NCBI RefSeq assembly: GCF_009914755.1
Contig: NC_060926.1
DNA length: 64,000 bases
Reading direction: 5' to 3' (one strand)
Source: the human T2T-CHM13v2.0 reference genome, Homo sapiens
The translations under genes and the position numbers were made by a program. The first letter of the stretch is position 1, and each line of letters opens with the position of its first letter. The notes beneath the pieces were generated by a model, which worked only from the letters and a program-made list of their open reading frames with translations, was not told the origin of the DNA and searched no databases. Below, piece after piece: positions 29,350-42,540 of the stretch.

Positions 29350-29835
29350 ACTGAACCTCAGTTTCCTCATTAGTAAAATCGGGATAATAATCCTCCTATG
29401 GGCTGAAAGTTTGTGTCTGCCCCAAATTCCTAGGTTGAAATTCTAACACCCAATGTGATGATATTAGGAAGTGTGGTCCTTAGGAGGTAATCACATGCTG
29501 AGGGTGGAGCCCTCGTGAATGACATTAGTGCCATATAAAAAGACACAGACACAAGAGAGTTCCCGCCACAGGAGGATACAAGGAGAAGGCAGCGGCCTGC
29601 AACCCGGAAGAGAGCTCTTACCAGAACCATCATGCTGGCACCCTGATCCTGGACTTCTGGCCTCCAGCACCAGGAGAAATTAATGTTTGTTGTTGAAGCC
29701 ACCCAGGCTATGGTATTTTTGTTATAGCAGCCAGAACTGACTAAGACAAACCCCTTTCTACCCTTATCTAACCGGGTTATTGTGGGGACCAAAAGTGAGA
29801 TAATGTGATTGAAAAATAGTTGCAAACTGCAAACT
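29350..29835 (+). mobile_element. MIR split by an MLT1A LTR
   Basis: CTGAACCTCAGTTTCCTCATTAGTAAAATCGGGATAATAA, resuming as GGGTTATTGTGGGGACC...TGAGATAATG after the LTR. Confidence 0.65.
29396..29748 (+). mobile_element. MLT1A/MLT1A0 LTR
   Basis: CTATGGGCTGAAAGTTTGTGTC...GGTGGAGCCCTC...GTTATAGCAGCCAGAACTGACTAAGACA. Confidence 0.85.
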
Positions 29836-31547
29836 ATTGACCCACATGCTCTATTCCAGGAAATGAGGGCAGGACTCTCTTCACACCATTCCCACCCTTC
29901 CTTTGGGGGAGGCAGCATCTCAAAAATAGCCTTCAGTCCTGTCCTCCCTGTTTTCCCCCATGGGAGCAGGGCTGAATATTTTCTTCTTGAGAAACAAAAA
30001 GGCAAAGCTATTGCAGAAAAACCAAAGCCTGCTTCTGCTTCCCCTTGGCGCCCTCTCTGCTCTCCGGGGCCAGGAGGGGAGGATGTTGCTGGAGGCCTGG
30101 GTTCAGGTGGGGCCGTCCAGAGTCCTCGCTGCCCTGCAAGGGCTGCCAGGGGAGGCCTGGATGATGTTTGTCATCCGTTCAGCTGGCCGCAAAGAGCAGA
30201 GGCCACGGTGGTAATCCTCTGAGGTGTGGGACCCCGATCTTCCTCCAGAGATGGGGCAGGGAGGAGAGGAGCCCTGCTCTGTCAGGCCAGGCCATCATCG
30301 CTCAAGAACACCAGGGAATCGCTCTGGACATGCCCAGAGAAATCCATCCTGTCCTCTTCGCCAGAAATAATTATTCATTTCCACTGACACTTTTCTGGCC
30401 ATTTGTAAAATGGAGTTCAGAATCCTGTGAGTCTGTTTTTTCCCTTCTAATGATCTGCAGATAAATTTTCAGGGCGTTTTTATCTTTGTCTAGGAACAGA
30501 GACAGACCAGTTTCAGAGAAGAAACAAAACCCACAGTGCGTCTGTTGTGTGGCACACCAGAGAGACCCTGGATGGGAGTAGGAGGGTTCTGGTTCCACTC
30601 TGGACTCAGGATCTTCACTTGAGATGGTCAGGGGGCTCACTGTTTATCCGTGCCTCCTCAACAGTATCTGAGAGGGGCGTCTTTATACTCAGAATTTAAC
30701 AACAGTGGCAAAAAGGATTCCTTGAGAGGAACCTAACCTATATCACAGAACAGACTGTATACAGTTTCCTAAACAGGCACAAACATATCCACAGCAATCT
30801 CAGTCAGTGTCTGATATGAGTCTGGTGGTCATAATCCCTCCTCCCCAGGGGACTGAGGAAGCGATGCTCCAGTCCATGTGCTAGCCTAGGTCTCTGGCAG
30901 TGGCCAGGTTCTGCCTTTCTTCCGAGCCTCCTCTTGTTCCAAACCGTTTGGGTCCCGTGTGGTTCCCTGCCATCTGCGCCCTTTCTTCTTAGGGCACTTG
31001 GCCCAGGAACTCTTGGTTATTATGTTGCAATTTCCCAAGGTGAAACTTGAATACAGGGTTCACAGGCATGTTTTCACAGCTCTATTTCTTTGCCTTTTGC
31101 TACACCGCAGGCTTGTCTGAAGACTGAAACACAGAGGGTGGGGCTTTCAGCCAGTGTACATTCTGCCAAATAGGTCTACAGTGCCAAGAGCCTTCTTTCT
31201 GCCACCGCTGTGGTAGGTTCAGTTGTGCTGGCAGCTTTGGATTTTGATAGGAGAGCCATAACTTCTGAGATGAATATTATTATATCAAAGAATTTTCCCT
31301 CTATTTCCCTCTACAATAAGACCGTTTTCTGAACTAACTACTGCGTGGCTACTCACTACCTGTGTGTGTGCCCACATGTGTTACTGAAACATGCTCATGC
31401 AAAGACCAGGTGTGAGATAAAACTGGAGGCTGCAGACGCCTCTCTTAGTCTGTGTTATAAGGGCTGGGTAGAGGGCCACCAGGGAGGATCCAGGAAAGCT
31501 GATCTTGTAGTTAGAGAATCTTCATGGAGGGCTGGGAATTCATTAGG

Positions 31548-31950
31548 TGTATTGGGCTGTTTTTGTGTTGCTGTCCAAGGCTGAGTAATTTATAAAGAAA
31601 AGAGGTTTCCTTGGCTCATGGTTCTGCAGGCCGTACAAGCATGGCACCAGCATCTGCTCAGCTTCTGGTGAGGTCTCAGGGAACTTTCGATCATGGCAGA
31701 AGGTGAAGGGGGAAGCTGATGTATCACATGGCCAGAGAGGGAGCAAGACAGCTAGTGAGGGTACATCCTAGACTTTTAAACCAGATCTCATGTGAACTCA
31801 CTTAGTGAGAGCTCACTTATCACCAAGAGGATGGTGCTAAACCATTCCCGAGGGACCACGGCCATGGTCCAATCCACAGGGCCTGCCTCCAACACTGGGG
31901 ATTACATTTCAACATCAGATTTGGAGGGAATGAATATCCAAACCATATCA
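31548..31950 (-). mobile_element. MSTA/MSTB solo LTR
   Basis: TAATTTATAAAGAAAAGAGGTTT...GGCAGAAGGTGAAGGG...CAAACCATATCA; 5-bp TSD TTAGG. Confidence 0.88.
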
Positions 31951-32035
31951 TTAGGAGAGGGAGAAGAGTGGCTGGCTGGCAAACACATCAATTACCTGGT
32001 TGGGTACAGGGAGAAACCCACTGAGGCAGAACCCA

Positions 32036-32200
32036 GGATTCATTCATTCAATTAATTAGATACATATTGGATTCATTCATTCATTCAATTAATTAGATAC
32101 ATATTTTTTGAGTACTTGCTACATGCCGAGCACTCTTCTAGGGGCTGGGGATACCACGGTGAAGAAAACAGACAAAAGTTACTGTCCTCATGGGGCTGAA
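32036..32200 (-). mobile_element. L2a 3' end with tandem duplication
   Basis: (TTCA)n tail, TTGAGTACTTGCTACATGCC...CTAGGGGCTGGGGATAC. Confidence 0.75.
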
Positions 32201-33332
32201 TTCCCAGCGCTATGTTGTGGCTCCATTTGTTTGACTATGAAACCTCATTTAGGTTTCAAGATCCTAGCCTCATCATTGTGCTTGGTTGCAAATGGCTCAG
32301 GTAGGATCTTCCCTTCACTCCCTCCTTCTTTCTGTTTTCCTTTACACAACCCTGGAGTTATTATCATGTTTCTCAGTGGTCAGATCCAAGACTCTTCTTA
32401 AGAAAGATCCCAAGTTCTGGTGGCCATCACTCTAGGGCTCCCAGGTATATAGTGACCATCTCTCAGGGCTTCCTTGGCCTTGATAAAGGAGAGACCTTTG
32501 GATCTGAGGTCATAGACGATACCTACCTACCCATCTCCCATATTTTTTCTCACTGCTTCCAGGGAGACTGACTACATGCTGAAAAGCAAACACGAAGGTT
32601 GAATCTTAAAAGCAGGCAGAGAGAAAGACACAACAGACTGACAACTGACTTCTCAAGTGAAACTATGGACTCCAGAAGACAGTTAAATGATATCTTCAAA
32701 GTTCTGAAAGAATAACTGCCAACTAGAATTCTGTGGAAAGAAAAATAAAAGGAAAATACAGACACTTCTAGAAAAAAAATGTGATAAATCTCACACCAAC
32801 TGACCTGTAGCAAAGGAAATACTAAAGGGTATGCTTCAGGCAGAAGGAAAATGAACTCAAATGTAATCTGAAAGACACAGAAAGAAATGAAGAGCAATAG
32901 AAAGGATAAATGTGTGTGTAAATTTAAATTTAAATTCATTGCATATACAACAAAGATAATATCTTGTATGGTTTAATATGTGTAGAGAATTAAAATATCT
33001 GACAATAATAGCATATGGGAGAGGATGGTGGTAAATAGAATTAAAGCAGCCTAAGGTTCTTGCATTATCCAGGAAGTGGTAGAAGTACCACTTATTTGTA
33101 TCAGACTTGATAAGTCAAAGATATATGTTGATATATGTTGCAACCACTAAAAAAATAGTAAAAACACCAGAGTATTACTTTAAAAAGAGTGGGTCAAAAT
33201 GGCACTGTAAAAACATTGAATCAACAAAAGGGGGCAAGAAAGGATAATAGTACAGGCAGAACAAGAATAAAGCAAATAAGATGGTGGATTACAACCCAAC
33301 ATAACAGTAATTATAATAAATATCGAAGGGCT

Positions 33333-33714
<382 letters not shown>

Positions 33715-34007
33715 TTATCATTCTACTTAAAATATATAATTTTCAGATCAAATAACAAAACCAAACCCAACTATATCCTGCTTACAAGACATATGACTTA
33801 AATATAAGTAAACAGAAAGATTGGAAGAAAAATGATAAAAGATATTGTGAGAAGAAAGTTGGCATAGCTATATTTCTAAAAAATGAAATAGATTTTAGGG
33901 CAAAAACCCATTACTAGAGTAGGTGATCCTTCATAATGATACCAAGTTCAATTTATCAGGAAGATAAAACAATTCTAAAGTTGTAAGAACCTAATAATAT
34001 TGCCTTA

Positions 34008-34265
<258 letters not shown>

Positions 34266-34306
34266 CTAAAAGGAGAAATGGAAAATCCATAATCCTATAT
34301 AAGGGA

Positions 34307-34480
34307 GATTTTTTTATATACCTCTCTCAATTACTGATAGCTCAAGTGAGGATGTAGGTTTTTTATTATTGCTGATAGACCCAGTAAGGATTTTTATATA
34401 CATCTCTCAATTACTGATAGATCAAGTAAGGATAGAGGTTTTTTTATTAGTACTGATAGATCCAGTAAGGATATAGGTTT
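34307..34480. repeat. ~82-bp tandem duplication with internal sub-repeats
   Basis: Two copies of GATTTTT(T)ATATAC.TCTCTCAATTACTGATAG...CCAGTAAG. Confidence 0.85.
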
Positions 34481-34483
34481 CTA

Positions 34484-34777
34484 ATTTTTTTTATAGACAC
34501 AGGGTCTTGCTCTGTTGCTCAGGCTGGAGTGCAGTGGTGCGATCATGGCTCAGTGTAGCCTCATCCTCCTGGGCTCAAGCACTCCTCCCACCTCAGCCTC
34601 CTGCGTAGCTGGGACTATAGGTGTGCACCACCATGCCTGGCCAACGTTTTAAATTTTTAGTAGAGATAGGGTCTCACTAAGTTGCCCGGCTGGTCTCGAA
34701 CTCCTGAGCTCCAGTCATCCTTACGCCTTGGCCTCCCAAAGTGCTGGGATTATAGGCGTGAGCCACTGCATCTGGCC
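34484..34777 (-). mobile_element. AluJ
   Basis: Antisense dimeric Alu. Confidence 0.9.
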
Positions 34778-35230
34778 TAATACAAGAGATTTGAACAACA
34801 TGGCTAATAGTTTTGAATTAATGGATATATACCGAACGCAGCTTTCAACAACTTCCAACATACATTCTTTGCAAGTGCAAATGAAACATAAAAACTGGTC
34901 CTATGTGAGGACATAAATAAAATCTCAACACGTTTCAAAGGACTGAAATCCAATATAACATAATCACTAACTACATTGAAACTAAACTTCAAATCAGCAA
35001 TAAAAAGACAATCAAAGATCCCCAAATGTTTGGAAATTAAGCAATATTTTTCTAAATAACTTATGGTCAAAGAAGAAATCACAATGGAAATTAGAAAATA
35101 TTTTAAACCGATAATAAAAATACTACATTGCGAAATATGTAGGATGCAGTTAAAACCAGACTCAAAAGGAAATTCATGGACTTAAATGCTTATATTAGAA
35201 ATGAGAAAAGGCTTAACAATCAATAATTTA

Positions 35231-35505
35231 GGCCAGGCACAGTGGCTCACGCCTATAATCCCAGCACTTTTGGAGGCCGAGGTGGGCAGATCACTTGAGG
35301 TCAGGAGTTCAAGACCAGCCTGGCCAACATGGCAAAACCTGTCTCTACTAAAAACACAAAAATTAGTTGGGTGTGGTGTCACTTGCCTGTAATCCCAGCT
35401 ACTCAGGAGGCTGAGGCAAGAAAATCACTTGCACCTAAGAGGCAAAGGTTGCAGTGAGCCAAGATCACGCCACTGCACTCCAGCCTGGGTGAGAGTGAGA
35501 CTCTG

Positions 35506-35590
<85 letters not shown>
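35231..35590 (+). mobile_element. AluS with A35(TA)14(CA)11 compound tail
   Basis: Direct read. Confidence 0.93.
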
Positions 35591-35765
35591 ACTCAAAGAG
35601 TTAGAAAAATAATAGCAAATGAAAGTAGAATGATAGATGATGATAGATACAATGAAGCTGTGAGCATAAATTAATGAAACAGAAAACAATACAAAAGGTC
35701 CACAAATCTGGTCCTATGAAAAGAGTAAAATTAACAAGACTTGGTGAAAGTAACCAGGAAAAAGC

Positions 35766-35800
<35 letters not shown>

Positions 35801-35808
35801 GAGAGAGA
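35766..35808. repeat. (AG)n microsatellite
   Basis: Direct read. Confidence 0.9.
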
Positions 35809-36022
35809 AAGGGAAGGCAGACATAATCAATATCAGCAATAAAAAGGGAGACTTTAATACAGATTCTGCAAACATTAAAAAGATAATGAAAGGATATTAT
35901 GAACAGTTGTATGGCAATATGTTTGAAAACTTAGATGCTGATATGTTTGAAAACTTAAATGAAACGGAAAAATTCCTTGAAGAACCACAACTTAAATTTG
36001 ACACAGGTAGAAAATCTGAATG

Positions 36023-36354
36023 CAGTTGTCCTTCAGTATCTGTGGGGGAATCGGTTCCAGAACCACTCCCCCAATACCAAAATTTATAATTGCTCAAGTT
36101 CCTGATATAAAATGGCAAAGTATTTGCATATAACCTATCCATACCCTCTCACATACTTTAAATAACCTCTCAGTTACTTATAATACCTAACATAATGTAC
36201 ATTCTGTGTAAATCGTTGTTATATTGTATTTTAAAAATTATATTATTTTGTATAGTTGTATTATTTCTTGTGGCTTTTTTTCCCAAATATTTTTAATACA
36301 CAATTGGTTGAATCTGGAACTCATGTGGGATCCATAGATCTGGAAGGCCAACTG
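36023..36354. mobile_element. MER2 (TcMar-Tigger MITE) inside L1 ORF2
   Basis: CAGTTGTCCTTCAGTATC...GTATTTGCATATAACCTA...GAAGGCCAACTG with terminal inverted repeats. Confidence 0.8.
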
Positions 36355-36959
36355 TGCTCGTAACTTTTAAAGAAATGGAATCCTTTCTTAATATTCTTCC
36401 TACAAAGAACACGCTAGGCCCAGATGTCTTCAATTGTGAATTTCACCAAACATTACAGGAAGTAGTAACAGCAATATTACACAATCTTTTCCAGAGAATA
36501 GGAAAAGAGGAAGCATTTCTTAATATGCTTTATCAGGCTGAAAAAGCCTTGATACCTGACAAGGACATTACAATGAAAAAAAATCCCATGCCAATTTCTC
36601 TAATGAATATTTCTTGGATGAATAAAATATTAGCAAACCAAATCCAGAGCGATCCAAAAAATATTAAATCATGACCAAATTGGGTTTATTACAGAAAAGC
36701 AAGTTTGGTTTAGCTTCAGTGACTCAACAATGTTCATGTTGTCCTATAAAAAAAAAAAACAAAAAATCCCTCTCAGTTTAGTTCATCACTTTTATGGAAT
36801 AAAGGAAAAAAGCATAAGACCATCCTAATTGGTATAGAAACCATTATTTGATAAAATTTATTTAGAAAAATGTATGTTTTTGAATTTAACATACAGTTTG
36901 AAAAAACTTTTAATAAAATGGGAATAGAAAAGGATTTTCTTAATCTGATAAAGAGAATT

Positions 36960-37140
36960 ATGTTAGGGTTCTCCAGATAAATAGAACCAGAATGGATGGC
37001 CAGTATGTATATATGTGTGTATGAATAATATTTATGTATGTTTGTATGTATGTTGGCTCATGTGATTGTGGAGGATGGCAAGTCCCAGATCTGCAGGGTA
37101 GGGTGGCAGACTGGGGTCCCCGGGAAAAGCTGATGTGTGT
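36960..37140 (-). mobile_element. MLT2 LTR fragment
   Basis: TTAGGGTTCTCCAGA...AGAACCA...GGCTCATGTGATTGTGGAGG...CAAGTCCCAGATCTGCAG. Confidence 0.7.
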
Positions 37141-37409
37141 GATTGATAATGCTAAGAATTGGTAAGGATGTGATGTAACTGTTAGGACTCTTATATATTG
37201 ATGGTGTAAGTTGAAAACTATTTGAACACATGCACATCCTATGACCCAGAAATTCTACTTCCAGGTATATACCCCCTAAAATGCATTTATTTGATGCCAA
37301 AAGTCATGTATGAGAATGTTCTTAGGAGTATTATATAGTTACTCAAACCAGAAACAACCCAATGTCCATCACTGCTAGGCTGGATAAACAAATATTGGTT
37401 TACTCCTAC

Positions 37410-37959
37410 TGTTACCCGAAAGGGGTCTCAATCCAGACCCCAAGAGAGGGTTCTTCGATCTCATGCAAGAAAGAATTCAGGGCGAGTCCACAGAGTAAAG
37501 TGAGAGCAAGTTTATTAGGAAAGTAAAGGAATAAAACAATGGCTACTCCATAGACAGAGCAGCCCCGAAGGCTGCTGATTGCCCAATTTTATAATTCTTT
37601 CTTGATTATATGCTAAACAAGGGGTGGATTATTCATGCCTCCCCTTTTTAGGCCATATAGGGTAACTTCCTGAAGTTGCCATGGCATTTGTAACCTGTCA
37701 TGGCACTGGTGGGCGTGTAGCAGTGAGGATGGATGACCAGCGGTCACTCTTGTGTCTATCTTCATTTTGGTGGGTTCCAGCTTCTTTACTGCAACCTATT
37801 TTATCAACAAGGTCTTTATGACCTGTATCTTGTGCAGACCTCCTGTTTCATCCCATGACTTAGAACACCTAACCATTTGGGAATGCAGCCCAGTAAGTCT
37901 CAGCCTCATTTTACCCAGCTATTCAAGATGGAGTTGCTCTGGTTCAAATGCCTCTGACA
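37410..37959 (-). mobile_element. MER41A solo LTR (ERV1)
   Basis: TGTTACC..AAAGGGGTC..ATCCAGACCCCAAGAGAGGGTTC...CAAATGCCTCTGACA; lacks the GAS-containing segment. Confidence 0.88.
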
Positions 37960-39441
37960 ATACTATAGTCTACTATTCAGCAATGATAATTAATAAATAT
38001 GACACACCAAATAACATGGATGAAACTCACAAACAATATTGAGAGAAGAAACTAAACCCAAAAAGTACATACTATATGATTCCATTTATATAATGTTCAA
38101 AAACAGACAAAACTAATATAGTGTTAAAGATCAGGGTGGAGGTTACATCTGGGAAGGAGGAAGGGGTGGTGACAGCAAAGGGGCATCCAAGGGGTTCTGA
38201 TACTGCTCATGCTTCATTTCTTCAGCTGAGTGTTGGTCACATGGCGCAGCCACTTTGTGAAATTCATTAAGAGTACATTGAAAAAAAAGAGAGAACTAAC
38301 AGAAGGATGACTGAAAACAGCAAATATAGACAACTCTTTCTGGAAAGTGTGCTCTCAGGGGGAAGGGAGGGGGGAATGATCAGGAGCATTTTTTTTCAAT
38401 TATTACTTTTTTTAAGGATGGGAGGATATGCTTGTTGCCGACGAGAATAATCCAATAAAGAGGGGAGAACTGATGCCAAAGGGAGAGGCAAGAACTGCTG
38501 GAGTGATATTCATGAGGAATGAAGGCCTAGGCTGTAGTGCAAGAGTGGAGGGCAGGTCTTAGAGACAGGGCCCCCAGGTGCTGGGCAGAGCAGACAGGAG
38601 GGGAGGCGTGGAGTGGGGGCTTGCATAGGCACCTCCTTTTCTAGTTGCTCAGGCCTTCTCCCATGAGCACCGGGTGCTGTGTGCATACTCTCATTCCCAG
38701 TCTAGGCCAGGGATTAAATGGATTCTCTGCTTCCTGAAAGGTAGACGGGAACCGTCAGGTGGGAGCTCATGGCCAGGTCTGTGGCCTTTGGGCAAAGCAC
38801 GCATGGCTGGGGAGGAGGTGGAGGTCCTTGCCTGAAATGGGCTTTGCCGGGGGGCGGGGGGGTTCTGTGGATTTCTGCCATCAGGGAGCCCCTGTCCTGG
38901 TTGCCTGGTTAGGGGTAGATCAGGGGACAGCCACCAGGTGCCAGCTCCCTCCTCCTCCCGGCGCCGCTTTGTGAGCAGTGGCTGCTGGGCCGCTCGCTAC
39001 TCTCCTAGGACCTCAGGGCTCTCCCTGTGAGCGGAGGGAGGGAACTTTGGCCGCAGGAAGGACTGGAAGCCAGCTCGAAAAAGCACATTCCTTGGCAGGA
39101 TAAAAAACTTTTTTTTTTTTTTTAAATAAGTGTAAGGACTTAACCTTTGCTAGGAAATGGTTGCAGTATTTTCCTTTAAATGAAAAGAGACCATTGTGAT
39201 TGAAACTTCGGAAAACACACAACATCCTGGTGCCGTTCTCCAGGGCCAGCTCCTGAGTTCCGTGTTGGGCCAGCTCCGGTCTTTCCTCCGGATGGTCTCT
39301 CCTTGCACCACTGAAGGGGACAGAGGACTGTACTGGTCCCTGGAAGGCCAACCTTGGGCTGCTCAGCTTCTCTCACGGGAGAAAGCTCAGGAGAAGGCCT
39401 GAGACAGAAAGGGCTTGTTGTTGCTTACAGTGACCTCCACT

Positions 39442-39631
39442 CAGGTCCTGCTCCATAATTTGTGGGGCCCAGTCAAAATGAAAATGTGAGCCCATGGTTC
39501 AAAAAGTATTAAGAGTTTCAAGACGGCGACACCAGGGCATCAACTCAAGTGCAGGATCCTTCTGAGCATAGCCCCTTTTAAGTGAGTGGCCTTGTGTGAC
39601 TGCCCAGGTCGCATGCCAGGAAGCTGGCCCA
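39442..39631 (-). mobile_element. MER45A (hAT-Tip100)
   Basis: CATAATTTGTGGGGCCC...AAAATGAAAATG...TTTCAAGACGGCGAC...GACTGCCCAGGTCGCATGCC. Confidence 0.75.
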
Positions 39632-40419
39632 GCCTCCAGTGGACCACTCTTATTCTGCTGGCCAGGCCTGAGTTTCTGCAGCTTCTCTCTCATGGGGCAC
39701 CTCCAGGCCTAGACACAGACCCCAGAGGATTCAGGGCAGGACTCAGGACTTCCTTCTGGGGTCCCAGCCCCATCCTTGGCTCCCATATACCACAACTGGC
39801 AACAATTTCCCAACCTGGTTCTTCACTTGATTTCTCCTCATGGTTTAGAGACAGTGCTTCCCGGTTGTGAAAACATTCTGGGTTTCATCTGCGCTTGCTT
39901 GTAACCCGGGGGTCTGGAGTAATTGGGAACACAGAACAGCTGCATTGAGTGCTGGTCTACTTGGCGCTCTTCAAGCTCTTTACAAGCCTCCTCGTAGGCC
40001 TACTGTAAATAGGAAAGTACAAACACATGCCGATTTTGCCGCAGATTAAAACCATCTCCTGCGCTCCCTGGATCGTAACACATAACAGTTTGTGTTTATG
40101 CAGCATTTATTAGCTTGCATGCTACTTAGGGACTTTCATAGTTCTCTGCTAGGCGAGGCCTTAGTATTTGGGCTCTCCAGCGTCTGGGAGGCACACCATA
40201 TGGAGAGTTGTAAAGCCTCATTTCCAGGGTCAGCCTGACCGCACAAGGCCAGAGCCTCTCCAGAGCTGTGCTGTGCAATGCAGTGTGGCCACTTGCCACT
40301 TATGTCTCTTGAGCACTTGAAATGTGGCTAGTCCGAGTTGAGACATGTTGTTCATGTAGAGTACATACTGAACTTTGAAGGCTTAGTACAAAAAAAGAAA
40401 TGTAAAGGATCTCATTAAT

Positions 40420-40727
40420 TTTTGGAGGGGAGGGGGGCAGGGATAGAGTCTCACTCTGTCGTCCAGGCTGGAGTGCAGTGGTGTGATCTCGGCTCCCTGC
40501 AACCTCTGCCTCCTTGGGTTTAAGTGATTCTCCTGCCTCAGCCTCCCGAGTAGCTGAGACTACATGTGTGCACCACCATGCCTGGCTAATATTTTTGTAT
40601 TTTTTTTTAGTAGAGACAGGGTTTGACCATGTTGGCCAGGCTGGTCTTGAACTCCTGACCTCAGGTGATCCACCCACCTTGGCCTCCCAGAGTGTTGGGA
40701 TTACAGGCGAGAGCCACTGCACCCAGC
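40420..40727 (-). mobile_element. AluS
   Basis: TSD TCATTAATTTTT. Confidence 0.92.
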
Positions 40728-40876
40728 TTTCATTAATTTTTCACATTCATTGCATGTTGAAATAATATTTCTTACATAATGAAGTAAAATCCATTACTAA
40801 AGTTAGTCTTACATGTTTCTTTTTCCTTTTTTAAATGCAGCTACTAGAAAATGTAAAATTATATATATGACTTGCA

Positions 40877-41213
<337 letters not shown>

Positions 41214-41504
41214 TAAAGCCTCTCTTTGTTGTATTTACATACACACACACACACACACCATACAAACATATGCTCCTGAGCTACTGACAGGATCTTGGAA
41301 AGAAAACCAGGCACAGTGAGATCATGTGACTTAACCCCAAGTGTCACACTCTCTAGGAACATTCCTCAGAAGATCCCGTGGCCACCTAATACTACCAACC
41401 TAGAGGCTTTTATTTGGCCAATGGTAATCTGTCTGCCTTGCCTTTTAAAATTAAAAAAAAATTAATTTAACACCTGTTTATTGAACACCTATATTTGCAA
41501 GGGA

Positions 41505-41750
41505 GTATGACATAGTGATTTCAGAGTGCAGGCTCCAGAGACCACATGACTTGGATTCTAGACCTGGCCCTACCAAATGAGCTATATGTCCTTGAACAAG
41601 TTTGCCTTCTTCATGCCTTGGTCTTCTCATCTGCAACGTGGGGATTATGACATCCAAAGGACAGAATCAGGATGGTGACCCAGGTTTCTACTTCATGGGC
41701 TTATTGTGAGGATTGAATGAGATGAGGCACAGAACACCCTTGGCCTGGAG
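41505..41750 (+). mobile_element. MIR
   Basis: CCTTGAACAAGTT...TTCTCATCTGCAACGTGGGGAT...TTGTGAGGATTGAATGAGAT. Confidence 0.7.
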
Positions 41751-42186
41751 TCATTCTGCTGTAGGCAGCCATGGGCCTGATCTGGCCCCTGGACTTTCAC
41801 AGGGCTCAGCAGACTCTGAGGAAGGGAGGGAACCATGATCCCAGAGAGGCTCCAAGACAGATTGGAAAGACCATCCTAGGTAAAATGTAATGTCAAAAGT
41901 TAGGATTCGGAAAGGTTCCCAGTCACAATGTCAAGCTGGAAGGCCCAGGGTAGGAGGGTCTGGAGTGGGGCTAGGATTGATTCTGGGAAGCCAGAAAATG
42001 AGTGAGAAATAGACAGTTCTGCTCTTAGTCACCTGAACTCAGAGCATCCCCTCACTGGGGCCAAACCAATGGCCAAGGCTGAGGAAGTGGGCCCAATCAC
42101 ATTCCAAGTCCTACATTGGGCCTAAGTAGGCAGATCTGGAGTGTTGGACCCATTTCCTCTTTGCAGTCTTGTCCCTGTAAGGCAAC

Positions 42187-42540
42187 TGCATTAGGGTAAT
42201 GCGGGTTGATGAAACAAATGAATCCCAAAATTTCAGTGGCTGAACATAATAGAGGCTACTTGTCACTCACATAACAGTCCACTATGGGTGCTCCTGGTCG
42301 GTAGGAGGGCTTCCACGTGGTGAGTCAGGGATCCAAGCTCTTTGTACCAAATGACTCTACCCTCCCTTAGGCCTGAGTCCTCTGCATCTAGAGAGCAGAC
42401 AGGAAAGAGTGGGTGGAGAAGACACAACCTCTTCTAACCACCTTGGCCTGAATGTAACATGTATCATTAACTTTATGTTCAATCTGTGACAACTAGTCTC
42501 ATGGGCCCACCTAGATGCAAGAGTGGCTGGGAATTGCCGG
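42187..42540 (-). mobile_element. MLT1K-like LTR
   Basis: ATCCCAAAATTTCAGTGGC...CAGGGATCCAAGCT...ACTAGTCTCATGGGCCCACCTAGATGCAAG. Confidence 0.6.

Noticed and set aside
29430-30005. 191-aa minus-strand ORF
   Set aside because: Largely antisense to the MLT1A LTR and MIR
34307-34480. CRISPR-like repeat-spacer pattern
   Set aside because: Eukaryotic context, the 'spacers' are themselves duplicated, and the sequence derives from L1
36354-36674. RT-like ORF as a functional gene
   Set aside because: Degenerate L1 ORF2 fragment flanked by stops and insertions
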